In this document: positions 29,201 to 37,966 of the stretch, in pieces
How the letters are laid out: the number at the start of each line of letters is the position of its first letter
Position numbering within the stretch: the first letter of the stretch is position 1
Virus record (IMG/VR): IMGVR_UViG_3300031519_005349
Span: 1-38,188 of that record
Origin: a virus
Lineage: Duplodnaviria; Caudoviricetes
DNA length: 38,188 nt
Strand: one strand, 5' to 3'
Notes under the pieces: generated by a model
The model's input: the letters and a program-made list of their open reading frames with translations, nothing else
What the model was told of the DNA's origin: nothing
Database searches by the model: none
Made by a program: the position numbers and the translations under genes

Positions 29201-29386
29201 ATTGATGAAGGCTGGGGAACAATGGATTCAGACAATCTAAACTCTGTCTATAATTTATTTCAATATCTAAAGACTCAGTTTCAGTTTACAATGATTGTTT
29301 CTCATATAGATTCCATGAGAGATGCCGTAGATACCCTATTGGAAATTAAAAAAGAGAATAACTTTAGTAACGTTTCGCTTGACTAG
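26231..29386 (+). CDS. Fused Mre11/SbcD (gp47-like) nuclease and Rad50/SbcC (gp46-like) ATPase
   Basis: TTG start; SDIQ, GGDIAH, AGNHD, FHG, GDIH phosphoesterase motifs; Walker A APNAQGKS, coiled coil with CNYC hook, LSSGME signature, IDEGWGTMD Walker B, SH loop. Confidence 0.93.
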   Translation: MIKENVVKVPFRKLKYIHHISDIQIRNLKRHTEYEEVFERTYEEVKKHKDNAVVYIGGDIAHSKTEMSPELVDQLSRLFKNLADICPTILIAGNHDCNLNNRSRMDVLSPIVNNLQHSDLHYLKDSGVYKCADTKFVVWDVWEKEDDYIEAKDFEGETKIVLFHGTVDKSETDLGFFLPSDVKIAKFDGYDMGLLGDIHKRQHLNKEETISYCGSLVQQNHGEGLSHGYLLWDVPKRTSEYIEVPNDYGYYTINIDDGKVPECPDIPQKARLRVRVANTTPSQLKKAMSLIHSKYGIKEVSVTKTDSIYSTEKVRGQHIAVGNVRDSDYQYNLIEEYLKTNHFVDEDTLIDIKKINEELNGRLPEDDVNRGVSWQVKKFEFDNMFSYGEDNVVDFTKLSGIVGLFAPNAQGKSSLLDALSFCLFDRSSRAYKAINVLNNKKDWFKCKATLEVEGVEYFIERDAKKQSNGHVKVNVEFYTYDDANEKVSLNGDQRRTTDVNIRRLIGTYDDFVMTALSLQTNSTVFIDKTQKERKDLLAQFMGIGVFDQLYTLASDEIHDVSALLKSFKNNNYDVDLADIKNSLSEDKKKFKKLDVQRKELLAEKKECDKEIIGLTKQLRKVDETADSISELEERKASLNNDLTLTDETFGKLKTLSEQYKVEETELTEKISIYKENEVDKKFAQFEQYSLEKSNHQIEIDKLKIQVQHKLDKIDKLGNLEHDPDCNYCMSNPFTLDAIETKEKLNEDKNLADNFLKKSSELDSIINELSHITAHKNQMDSCINDFNLLTSNISKVDSEQKLTTERKKNLINQLSIVEDKINIYHEQKKDIVFNKEMQNQIDMSSNKSAAYEDDIDTVTDSLNNVNGEIKVLETNRKNILTNIKKVEELEGKYAAYQYYMDAIKRDGIPYELITKALPTIEGAVNDILAQIVDFSMVLEMDGKNVNCYIVYDDDNIWPLELSSGMERFISSLAMRVGLINVSNLPAANFLAIDEGWGTMDSDNLNSVYNLFQYLKTQFQFTMIVSHIDSMRDAVDTLLEIKKENNFSNVSLD

Positions 29387-29537
29387 GTAATAAATTCTTG
29401 GGCTTACTCTCTCCTCGTTTAAGGCTTAGTATATGTTGATTAAGAACTGCACTCATAGTAGTGCTTTCTTCTTTAACGTGTAGCCTGAACCATTCTATTA
29501 GCCCCTCATCTATAGTAAATGAATATTTCTTTTTCAT
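29364..29537 (-). CDS. 57-aa ribbon-helix-helix (CopG/Arc-like) DNA-binding protein (not in ORF track)
   Basis: MKKKYSFTIDEGLIEWFRLHVKEESTTMSAVLNQHILSLKRGESKPKNLLPSQAKRY; alternating beta strand, helix, MS.VL helix; GGAGAT RBS (complement of 29545-29550). Confidence 0.8.
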   Translation of the reverse strand: MKKKYSFTIDEGLIEWFRLHVKEESTTMSAVLNQHILSLKRGESKPKNLLPSQAKRY

Positions 29538-29563
29538 ACCGATAATCTCCGTAGTTTATACAT

Positions 29564-29602
29564 ATAATAAATATAAAAATTTTAAAATATGATATTTATT
29601 AT
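29564..29602. promoter_or_regulatory. Back-to-back divergent late-type promoters (ATATTTATTAT on each strand)
   Basis: 11-bp perfect inverted repeat ATAATAAATAT (29564-29574) / ATATTTATTAT (29592-29602). Confidence 0.65.
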
Positions 29603-29629
29603 TGATATCAAATAATTAGGAAATTCCCA

Positions 29630-32600
29630 ATGGCAACCGTTAAAAGATTCAATAAACTGCTTGGACTTGAAAACATAGATGTACTGGTAGATGACAGAGA
29701 AACTTCTCGTCACATAATCATTACCGACATGCCTCAAAGTCTACCTCAAGGTAAGAGTTCATTTCTTATTGAGGTTTCCCCTTATATGAAAGAAGGTGTT
29801 GAACTTCAAATAGATTTTATGGATTCAGTTGGTAATAGTATATATCTTGAACCTGTTCAAAATTACTTAGAAGGTTCTTCAAGAACTATATCGGTAGAAG
29901 TTTACGACACTACATCAGCTGGTGTGGCTACTATGATAATAGTAGGTGAGATAGACCAAATACCAACACAACCAGGAAATTTTAGTGAAGTCGAAGAAGT
30001 TCCTGAAGATTTTAAAGGAGTTTATAATGTAAGACTTACTCGTGAAGTTATTATAAATACAGCTGAAATAAATATCCAACCAATAAAATTTTATTCAGCT
30101 CCAAAACTTATAGCTAGAGAAAAACGTTTTGGTACAATGGAAAGGGAAGTAGTAACTGATGAAGTAATTTCTGATGCATTTACAGTTATAGGTCGTCCAT
30201 CAATACAGCAACAATATGAAGAATTTGTAGTTCAAGAAATAGAAGCTTCTGCTCAAGGTTCTGGTATTGGCGAACCTGTAAATCAAGACATCTTTTCTGA
30301 ACCACCTATAGGTGATGTAAAAGGTGATGAAGCAGAAAAAGAAAAATTAAAACAGCATAGTAAAAAGAAAAGTGTTAGGGGCGATAGTAGATTTAAAAGA
30401 TCTAAAAGAATAAGAAAAAGAAATTCTCCAATCGAATATCCATATACATTTTCAATAACCAATGGTGCTCACGAATTTACAACAGAGGAAATCGGTGGTA
30501 AAATAATATTTTCTGATTTGGTTACTAGCATATACAATTTTGATGATTTAGAGAATAATGGGATAGGACAGACTCCTAACTTCAACGTAGTTTCAGATGC
30601 ATCTGATCCAAATTTTCCAACACATTTTACAGCTTCTATTGCTGATTTAGAAAATAGCGTAACTGCTTTTACAAATACACCATTTACAAAACAAGACATA
30701 GAAGGTAGATATAGAATATTAGAAATGGAAGCTACTGCTAAGGTTCACTTTACTAAACAACCATCAGCTTCTTTTAGTTTAGTTAATATAGTCTCATATG
30801 CTGATATAACTTTAAGTCATCTTAGAACATTTTCAGGCGAATTATTTAAAGCAAAAGTTTATGTAAGAGCTGAAGGCTCTTTTGATGATTATAAATTATT
30901 AGCTGAAGTTCCTATAGAATCTCCTGAATTAATGGTGAATTCTAATTCAGTCGGCGTTGGAGAAAGGACAGGCTATTTTATTTCAGAGGAAGATAAAGAT
31001 ACATATTGGGATTTATTTGGAAGTACGAATGGATTAACAGCTGCTACATCCACATCAACTGCTTCTTATGACAACCAAACCTCATTGGATTCCATAATGG
31101 TTTCGGGAAGTACTTCAGTATTAACAAATCAAATAAGGTTTCAATTAAAAGACGATTATAAATTTACTCTTACAAAAAACATAGATTATTCATTATCTTT
31201 TAATGCTGTAGGTCTACCGGACATCGATGGTAGAGCATTGATGTTAGTATATGTATCCGGTTCTTCTATGAAACAAAAAAATAGTTTATATGATGATGAA
31301 ACTACCGAAACAAAAGTTGAAGAGCCATCTAACTATGGTAAACGTTTAGGTGCTTTAGAAGTTGAAAAGGGAGAAGTTAAAAGGGATTTTAAGCTAGTTA
31401 ATCATAATTTTAACACAGACCTAACAGGCGATGCTGTAGTTCAATTCAGAGTAATCGCAGGACAATGGAACTTATCAGATGTTTCCGTAGTCCCATCATC
31501 GGATACGGGATTTTCACCATCATTTACAAATTTTCAACAAGAATTACCTCCTGAATTAACACACAAAAGACCTGAGACATTAGAATTTTTAACAGAATTT
31601 TATGATATAAATAATAATTTAGCTGATGAAATTGCAGTAACAACCGGTTCTGTTTTTACAGGCGGTAATATGGTTATTAGCGGTGATGATAATACTATGA
31701 GCGGTGACTTGTTTATAGGGGGAGATAGTACTGCTAGTGGAATGCACTTTGGTGGTGTTGACTCTAACCTACCTGAAACAGGGACGGATGGTGCTACTGG
31801 CTCTGGCTTTATGAGGTCAGTTGGTTATTTGGGATTCACATCTGCTTCTGCTCAGTCAGGCTCATATGGATTTATGATTTACAGTGGTTCTGTATTACCT
31901 GACAGTGGAGATGATTATCAAGGTGTTGGTTTAGAATTGGTGGGTGCAAGTGGTTCTCTAAAGTTTAGAACAAGTCCATCTTTATTTGATGTGCAAGCAG
32001 ATTCATTTTTTGTAGGAAAAACCGCTACTCAATTTATAAGTGGTTCAGGAGAAAAGATTGAAATAAGTTCATCTAACTTTCATTTACAGCCAGGTGGTGA
32101 TGTTGATATGACAGGAACTATTACAGCAGCTGCTGGTAATATAGGTGGGTGGGATATAAAAGATGGTAGTTTAAGAGCTGGTGCAGGAAATTCATCTGTT
32201 ACAATGAGTGGCGATGACCAATTAATAAAAATGGGCAGTGGTTCTACTTTTACTGCTGATGAAATAGATGGTGTATTATTCGGAAAAGATACTGATGGTG
32301 TATACAAATTTGGTATAGGTAAAGGTGGTTCTTATATATTCTTTGATGGTGATGTTGTTAATATAGCTACTGAGGATATCAACGTAACTGCTTCGGTTTT
32401 TTCTATTGATGTTGACCAATTCAAACTAAGCGCTACTAATTTATTTATAAGTTCTAGTCAAGGTGGTTTTATATCTCTTGGAAACCCAAGAGCTAGTGGT
32501 ATAGGTGGAACTAATAAAGGTATCTTTATGCAGGGTAATAATCCTGATGATTCTAAACCTAAATTTTTAGCCGGTGACGCAACTGGTGCTCATTTATCTT

Positions 32601-35600
32601 ATGATGGTGATAATATTTTTATGTCATCATCTGCTTTCTTTCTAGGTTCTCCAGCTCAATTCGTAAGTGGTTCTTTAGGTAACATAGAAATAAGTTCCTC
32701 AAACTTCCATTTAGATAACGAAGGTAATGTTATTATGTCTGGTAAGGTAACTGCCGCTGAAGGAGAAATTGGTGGGCTTACAATAGGAGATACAAAATTG
32801 AGTTCGGGAACTGCATATGAAATATCTTCATCTACAAATGTTGCCGATCCAGTTTCTTTTATATCTTCTAGTGGCTTCAAAGTTTCAGCTGGTGGTCAAG
32901 TAACTGCTTCTGCTCTCTCACTAACTGGTGGTGATGTCGGTGGCTTATCCGTAGAAAATGGAGTTATTTCAGTAGGTGACATTTTAAAACTAAAAGATAG
33001 TGGACAGATTACAGGCTCAAAAGTTTTATTTACAGGTGGAACTATAGGTGGATTTACAATAGATGCTGATGAGATTAAATCTGGAACAACATTAATATTA
33101 GATGCCGATAGTAATAGTGGTGAGATAAAATTAGGGGCAGCAAGTGATATCAATACCGGTGATGGTATTTATATGAATGGAACTGGTAATGCATTTAGAG
33201 TAGGTAATCCATCGGGCAATGAATTTAAATTTGATGGAACAAGTGTTTATATTGGAAATGATGGTGCTGAGCATGTAAAAATCGATGGAACGAGTTTATT
33301 ATTTATTGATAATTCTACCACAATGGCAGAACTCAGAGGAACTACTTGGACTTTAGGTGGAGCACATGGAGCAACCGATGATGCCATCGTTATGTCTCCA
33401 GGTAGTGGTGTTACTATTTTTGACAGTTCAACCGATAAAGCTGTTGTATCATCGTTAGGATTAGATATAACACAAAACAATGTAAATGTAGCTAGATTTG
33501 CTGCTATTACTAGAATCGGTGATGTAGCTAATGACCACGTATCAATGAGCTCAGCAGGATTTTCAATAAAAGATGGAGAAACTCAACTAAGTACATTCAA
33601 TGCCGGTGGTGCTATAATCGGTAAAACAAATGTTGCTCACATATCAGCCTCATCATTAGAAGTAAGTGTTATAAAAGATTCTAACAACAAAGCAGTTTTA
33701 GGTTCTTTAGGATTAGACATAACGCAAGGTGGAACTAATGTAGCGAGATTTGCAGCTGTTAGTAGATTGGGAGATGTAGCAAACAAACACATTTCTATGA
33801 GTGCAGCCGGTATGACAATTAAAGATGGAGAAACGGTATTAGCAAATTTCGCAGCGGATGTCACAATAGGAGAAGTTGCATCAGATAAAAGAAATGTATT
33901 TATTGATGAAAATGTCGGAATAAAAATTAGAAACAACACAACTGATATCGCATCTTTTGGTGATGATATCACATTAGTCGGTGGAACATTAACATTACAG
34001 AGTAATGCTGCTGGTGGTGGGAATGATGATAGAGTTGTAATTGGAAATGCTAATATTGAAATGTATACTGATGATTCTAAGGTAGTTGATATAGCAGATG
34101 GTAAGATTAGTATAGGCCCAGCAGCTGATGCTGGAGTATCAAACGGTGCAGTAATTGGTAATATCCATTTAGCATCAGGTGGAGCATTTATTTATGGTGC
34201 AGCAACCGATGATTTTGTCAATGTAAAATCAGACGCAGTTGATGTAGTGACAGCAGGAGTTACAGAAGCATCATTCGGAGCAACCACAGTAATTGGTGCT
34301 GTAGCTGATAATACATCAAGAATAGTTTTAGGAAGTGGAAAAGTTCAGATAATTAACAGACAGGGTACAACCGACACCACGGCAATAGAATTAGACGCGG
34401 ATGGAGATGCAGCATTTACAGGAACTGTAACTGCTACTGCTGGTGAAATCGGTGGTTGGACATTAGCTGCTACAACACTTAGTAGTGGAAATCTTATATT
34501 AAACTCTGCTGGAACTATAGAGACATCAAATTTTGCTAGTGGTGTAAGAGGTTGGAGAATAGCTTCAACAAATAATGGAGAAGCTGAATTTGAAAATGTA
34601 AGAATTAGAGGAACTTTATCTACTGCTGTGTTTGAAAAGGAAACCGTAAATGCTGTAGGTGGACAATTATACATAGCTAACTCTACTGCTATAACAGGTT
34701 CTACAACTGTAGCGGCTACTGCTACTACGATGAGTGTTGTAAACGTTAGTGGGTTTGCTGCAGATGAAATATTATCTGCTAAAAAAGTATCTGCTACTGG
34801 CTTTGGAACAGAATATATGTTTGTTCAAAGTTCTTCAAGAGATTATCCGTCAAGCGAAACAGATTTTGCTGGAAAACTTTATTTAGTTAGAGGTTATAGA
34901 AGTGGTAGCATCGGTATTTCAGGATCATTGGGTGATATATCAAATATATCACAATCATATGAACCAGGCCAAGTAATAGTATCAACTGGTAAAATAGGAA
35001 CTGGTTACATTAGATTAAATGCAAATCCAAATGATCAAACCACACCTTATATGGATATAGTTGAAAGAACAGGCAGTGGAGTTTATGATGTAGATTTAAA
35101 AGTAAGACTTGGTGATTTAAGTGGATTGAGCAGTGGATTACTTTATGGCAATACCTCGCCTGGTTTTGGATTATTTACAGAGAACGTATTTTTAAGTGGT
35201 GCTATAACTGCACAGACAGGTTCAATAGAAGGAATACTGCACATCAGAACAGATGCATCTAATCAAATTAAATTAGGAACTGATGTAAATGGTTCACAAG
35301 ATGGTATTCATATAAACGATAATAATTTTTGGTATACCAACGGGCATTTTAAAACAGGATTTGATGGTGATAATTTTATACACCAATCAGGCTCTTCCTT
35401 AACCATAAAATCAGAAACATTTGATTTGGATGCTGGTAATCTTTTAATTGAAAGTGCTACTCCAAAAATAGCACTTACTGATGCTGATGCTACATTTAAT
35501 GTCGGTACAATAACATCCGATTCCGATACTACTGGTGCTGGGGTATTTATGGATGGCGGTGGACATTTTAGAGTCATAGGTAATGCTACTAATCAATTAA

Positions 35601-36763
35601 TAGTTGATGGTGGTTCAATGACTATAAAGTCTGATACATTTGACTTGGACGCTGGTACTATTATTATGGATAGTGGAACTAATAGTGGTAAAATAGCACT
35701 TGGTGGAACACCACCAACAGCATACAATGCTGGAGTGGGCGTTTACTTAGATGGTACAGGCAAAGCATTGATAGGAAACTCAACAGGATCTAGGATACAA
35801 TACGATGGTGACGGTACTCTAATAATGAGCGCTTCTAGCTTCTTCTTAGGCGGCGGCAGTCAATTTGTTAGTGGTTCAAATGGAAACATAGAAATCAGTT
35901 CAAGTAACTTTCATTTACAACCGGGTGGCGATGTCATAATGAGTGGGGAGATTACTGCTGAGGCTGGTAATATCGGTGGTTTTACCATATCTGATAGTTC
36001 TATAGAAGCAACTAACATTAAAATTTCATCTACGGCAGCTTCAATGTCTTTAGGTAATAAGGTAAAGGTAGCGGGTGGTACTGATAGTTTCATAGCTGGT
36101 GGTGCACATTTTGAAGATCCTTTTCAATCATTTGATAATGACCAACTTGGTTTTGTTTTAGGAATAGATGATGATGTTGTAAAATTTGAAGTAGGTGATG
36201 ATTCTGGCGATAATGCAATAATTTTTGCTTCAGACGCAAATCCAGTACTTAATATTAAATCTGAACATTTTTCATTAGGTTCAACAAACTTTAAGCTTAC
36301 GCAAGAACTATTAAAACTTGGAACAATAGATAATGTTACAGATACGGCAAGTACAGAAAAAGGATTCTTTGTAGATGCTGATGGGGATGTTTTAATCAAA
36401 AATGGTGGTGCTAACGCAGGATATATTCAATCTGTAAGTGGAAAAATAGTTGTCGTAACAGATAATTTTAATGTGGATGCTAGTGGTAATGTATCAATGT
36501 CAGGTGCTGTTACAGCAACTGGTGGTAATATTGCAACATTTTCAATAACATCAGGCAGTATTGACTCAAACACAGGTAATGCAAAACGTGGAATAAAAAT
36601 AGAACCGAATGTATCAATTAGAGGATACGGTGATACAGTACATTCAACAGAGACTGTTGTAGGAAAATTTAGTTTTAGCGTAGGTTCAGTTTCACCATCA
36701 GCTACGGCCGATGTTCCGTTTAATAGAGACTATTCAGCACCACCTGGTGGAGTAACAGATTAA
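29630..36763 (+). CDS. Giant tail fibre / receptor-binding protein, 2377 aa
   Basis: Gly/Ser/Thr-rich beta repeats, recurring G.V..SG.ITA..G.IGG[WFL].I modules, G.AEFENVRIRG motif. Confidence 0.8.
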   Translation: MATVKRFNKLLGLENIDVLVDDRETSRHIIITDMPQSLPQGKSSFLIEVSPYMKEGVELQIDFMDSVGNSIYLEPVQNYLEGSSRTISVEVYDTTSAGVATMIIVGEIDQIPTQPGNFSEVEEVPEDFKGVYNVRLTREVIINTAEINIQPIKFYSAPKLIAREKRFGTMEREVVTDEVISDAFTVIGRPSIQQQYEEFVVQEIEASAQGSGIGEPVNQDIFSEPPIGDVKGDEAEKEKLKQHSKKKSVRGDSRFKRSKRIRKRNSPIEYPYTFSITNGAHEFTTEEIGGKIIFSDLVTSIYNFDDLENNGIGQTPNFNVVSDASDPNFPTHFTASIADLENSVTAFTNTPFTKQDIEGRYRILEMEATAKVHFTKQPSASFSLVNIVSYADITLSHLRTFSGELFKAKVYVRAEGSFDDYKLLAEVPIESPELMVNSNSVGVGERTGYFISEEDKDTYWDLFGSTNGLTAATSTSTASYDNQTSLDSIMVSGSTSVLTNQIRFQLKDDYKFTLTKNIDYSLSFNAVGLPDIDGRALMLVYVSGSSMKQKNSLYDDETTETKVEEPSNYGKRLGALEVEKGEVKRDFKLVNHNFNTDLTGDAVVQFRVIAGQWNLSDVSVVPSSDTGFSPSFTNFQQELPPELTHKRPETLEFLTEFYDINNNLADEIAVTTGSVFTGGNMVISGDDNTMSGDLFIGGDSTASGMHFGGVDSNLPETGTDGATGSGFMRSVGYLGFTSASAQSGSYGFMIYSGSVLPDSGDDYQGVGLELVGASGSLKFRTSPSLFDVQADSFFVGKTATQFISGSGEKIEISSSNFHLQPGGDVDMTGTITAAAGNIGGWDIKDGSLRAGAGNSSVTMSGDDQLIKMGSGSTFTADEIDGVLFGKDTDGVYKFGIGKGGSYIFFDGDVVNIATEDINVTASVFSIDVDQFKLSATNLFISSSQGGFISLGNPRASGIGGTNKGIFMQGNNPDDSKPKFLAGDATGAHLSYDGDNIFMSSSAFFLGSPAQFVSGSLGNIEISSSNFHLDNEGNVIMSGKVTAAEGEIGGLTIGDTKLSSGTAYEISSSTNVADPVSFISSSGFKVSAGGQVTASALSLTGGDVGGLSVENGVISVGDILKLKDSGQITGSKVLFTGGTIGGFTIDADEIKSGTTLILDADSNSGEIKLGAASDINTGDGIYMNGTGNAFRVGNPSGNEFKFDGTSVYIGNDGAEHVKIDGTSLLFIDNSTTMAELRGTTWTLGGAHGATDDAIVMSPGSGVTIFDSSTDKAVVSSLGLDITQNNVNVARFAAITRIGDVANDHVSMSSAGFSIKDGETQLSTFNAGGAIIGKTNVAHISASSLEVSVIKDSNNKAVLGSLGLDITQGGTNVARFAAVSRLGDVANKHISMSAAGMTIKDGETVLANFAADVTIGEVASDKRNVFIDENVGIKIRNNTTDIASFGDDITLVGGTLTLQSNAAGGGNDDRVVIGNANIEMYTDDSKVVDIADGKISIGPAADAGVSNGAVIGNIHLASGGAFIYGAATDDFVNVKSDAVDVVTAGVTEASFGATTVIGAVADNTSRIVLGSGKVQIINRQGTTDTTAIELDADGDAAFTGTVTATAGEIGGWTLAATTLSSGNLILNSAGTIETSNFASGVRGWRIASTNNGEAEFENVRIRGTLSTAVFEKETVNAVGGQLYIANSTAITGSTTVAATATTMSVVNVSGFAADEILSAKKVSATGFGTEYMFVQSSSRDYPSSETDFAGKLYLVRGYRSGSIGISGSLGDISNISQSYEPGQVIVSTGKIGTGYIRLNANPNDQTTPYMDIVERTGSGVYDVDLKVRLGDLSGLSSGLLYGNTSPGFGLFTENVFLSGAITAQTGSIEGILHIRTDASNQIKLGTDVNGSQDGIHINDNNFWYTNGHFKTGFDGDNFIHQSGSSLTIKSETFDLDAGNLLIESATPKIALTDADATFNVGTITSDSDTTGAGVFMDGGGHFRVIGNATNQLIVDGGSMTIKSDTFDLDAGTIIMDSGTNSGKIALGGTPPTAYNAGVGVYLDGTGKALIGNSTGSRIQYDGDGTLIMSASSFFLGGGSQFVSGSNGNIEISSSNFHLQPGGDVIMSGEITAEAGNIGGFTISDSSIEATNIKISSTAASMSLGNKVKVAGGTDSFIAGGAHFEDPFQSFDNDQLGFVLGIDDDVVKFEVGDDSGDNAIIFASDANPVLNIKSEHFSLGSTNFKLTQELLKLGTIDNVTDTASTEKGFFVDADGDVLIKNGGANAGYIQSVSGKIVVVTDNFNVDASGNVSMSGAVTATGGNIATFSITSGSIDSNTGNAKRGIKIEPNVSIRGYGDTVHSTETVVGKFSFSVGSVSPSATADVPFNRDYSAPPGGVTD
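32033..35990 (+). repeat. Three dispersed ~42-aa repeats F[IV]SGS...IEISSSNFHL...G.V.M.G..TA..G.IGG..I in the fibre
   Basis: Copies at about 32033-32158, 32660-32785 and 35864-35990. Confidence 0.85.
33437..33842 (+). repeat. Tandem duplication in the fibre, period 252 nt (84 aa)
   Basis: KAVVSSLGLDITQNNVNVARFAAITRIGDVANDHVSMSSAGFSIKDGETQL (33437) versus KAVLGSLGLDITQGGTNVARFAAVSRLGDVANKHISMSAAGMTIKDGETVL (33689). Confidence 0.9.
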
Positions 36764-36779
36764 TGATAAGGAGTAAATA

Positions 36780-37946
36780 ATGGCAGATTATCCATTTAGA
36801 GTAAATATGATGACCAAAAATGGGGAAGGTACAATAGCTTTTTACACATCATCCTTAGCAGATGATGGCGCCGGCGACGCAGTACTAACTGCGGCTGAAA
36901 TGGTAGAAAAAATTAATTTAATGCCTAGTGCATCATATGAGGATGGGGTTGTATCAGGAAGTTCAACAGCATTTGTACATAAATTTGGAGGTGGTAGAAA
37001 TCTACACTTATCGTGTTCTGTTTCAGCCCCAACAACAGGTAGTATAATATTTCAAGATAAAGAATCTGTGACAAATGGTGGATTAGATTATTACACATTT
37101 TGGGGAACAAAAGTTTGTTCAGTTTTAGGTTTACCTGAGGGGATACCGATATACACAGAAAATTTTAAACTATCTGATGATTCTGATAATCCTAGTAATT
37201 ATTTATCAGGTGATGTTATCGCGGATGGCATTGCAATAAAAAATACTTTTAAATTATCTCCACAAGCTAGAGTAAAAAGTAATCTAATTTGGGATGAAGA
37301 AAATGGTGAAGGACTGGCCCAATGGGTTAGTGGTAGTACAACCCAAGCAAGTATTGGCTATGATGACCAAAACGATAGATATAAGCTAAATATAGCTACA
37401 GCATCAATCGGTAGATTAGAGGTCGATTCGGGTACAAATGGCACATCAGATGTTATTTTTCGTGGAATAACGGGCACCGGCAATCAGGAATATTGGATTC
37501 CACAGATGTTTATGTCTGGTTTTAATTATGGTTCAGCTGGAGGAACTCAGGTGGTGGTGCCGTTCACATCGGTTCAAGAACAAACCTCTACAACAAATAC
37601 TATGGAATATAGTAACATTATAATGCCCTTTGATGCTATGGTGATGAGGGCATCTGTGCGCACTTCGGATGCGGGTGGCGGCACCTTTATTAATATGTTT
37701 AAATTAACAGATGGTACGGAAGGGGTAACTCTTGGGGGCGGTAGTGCTACTGAAGGTGATGCATTTGGTTTGGTTAACATAGCTGCTGATGATACTGTAT
37801 ATTCTGCAGATTTTTCTGACATTACATCAGGTGGTCGGTTTGTTTCTAAGGGAGAAGCAGTATTGTTTACCTTTGATCCAACTTCCGACACAAACGATAC
37901 TAGATTGACAGTTTTATTTATGGTAAATCCATTCTCAATTGGGTAG
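36780..37946 (+). CDS. Tail/fibre-associated structural protein
   Basis: TAAGGAG RBS, follows the fibre gene, beta-rich C-terminal domain. Confidence 0.6.
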   Translation: MADYPFRVNMMTKNGEGTIAFYTSSLADDGAGDAVLTAAEMVEKINLMPSASYEDGVVSGSSTAFVHKFGGGRNLHLSCSVSAPTTGSIIFQDKESVTNGGLDYYTFWGTKVCSVLGLPEGIPIYTENFKLSDDSDNPSNYLSGDVIADGIAIKNTFKLSPQARVKSNLIWDEENGEGLAQWVSGSTTQASIGYDDQNDRYKLNIATASIGRLEVDSGTNGTSDVIFRGITGTGNQEYWIPQMFMSGFNYGSAGGTQVVVPFTSVQEQTSTTNTMEYSNIIMPFDAMVMRASVRTSDAGGGTFINMFKLTDGTEGVTLGGGSATEGDAFGLVNIAADDTVYSADFSDITSGGRFVSKGEAVLFTFDPTSDTNDTRLTVLFMVNPFSIG

Positions 37947-37966
37947 ACTGATAATTAACAAATCTT

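Noticed and set aside
878-37891. Short minus-strand and nested alternative-frame ORFs in the supplied track
   Set aside because: They lie within or across long, well-supported + strand genes, show no recognisable motifs and read as antisense shadows
29630-37946. Diversity-generating retroelement acting on the fibre
   Set aside because: No reverse transcriptase in the window; repeats are in-frame protein repeats with synonymous divergence, not adenine-specific TR/VR pairs
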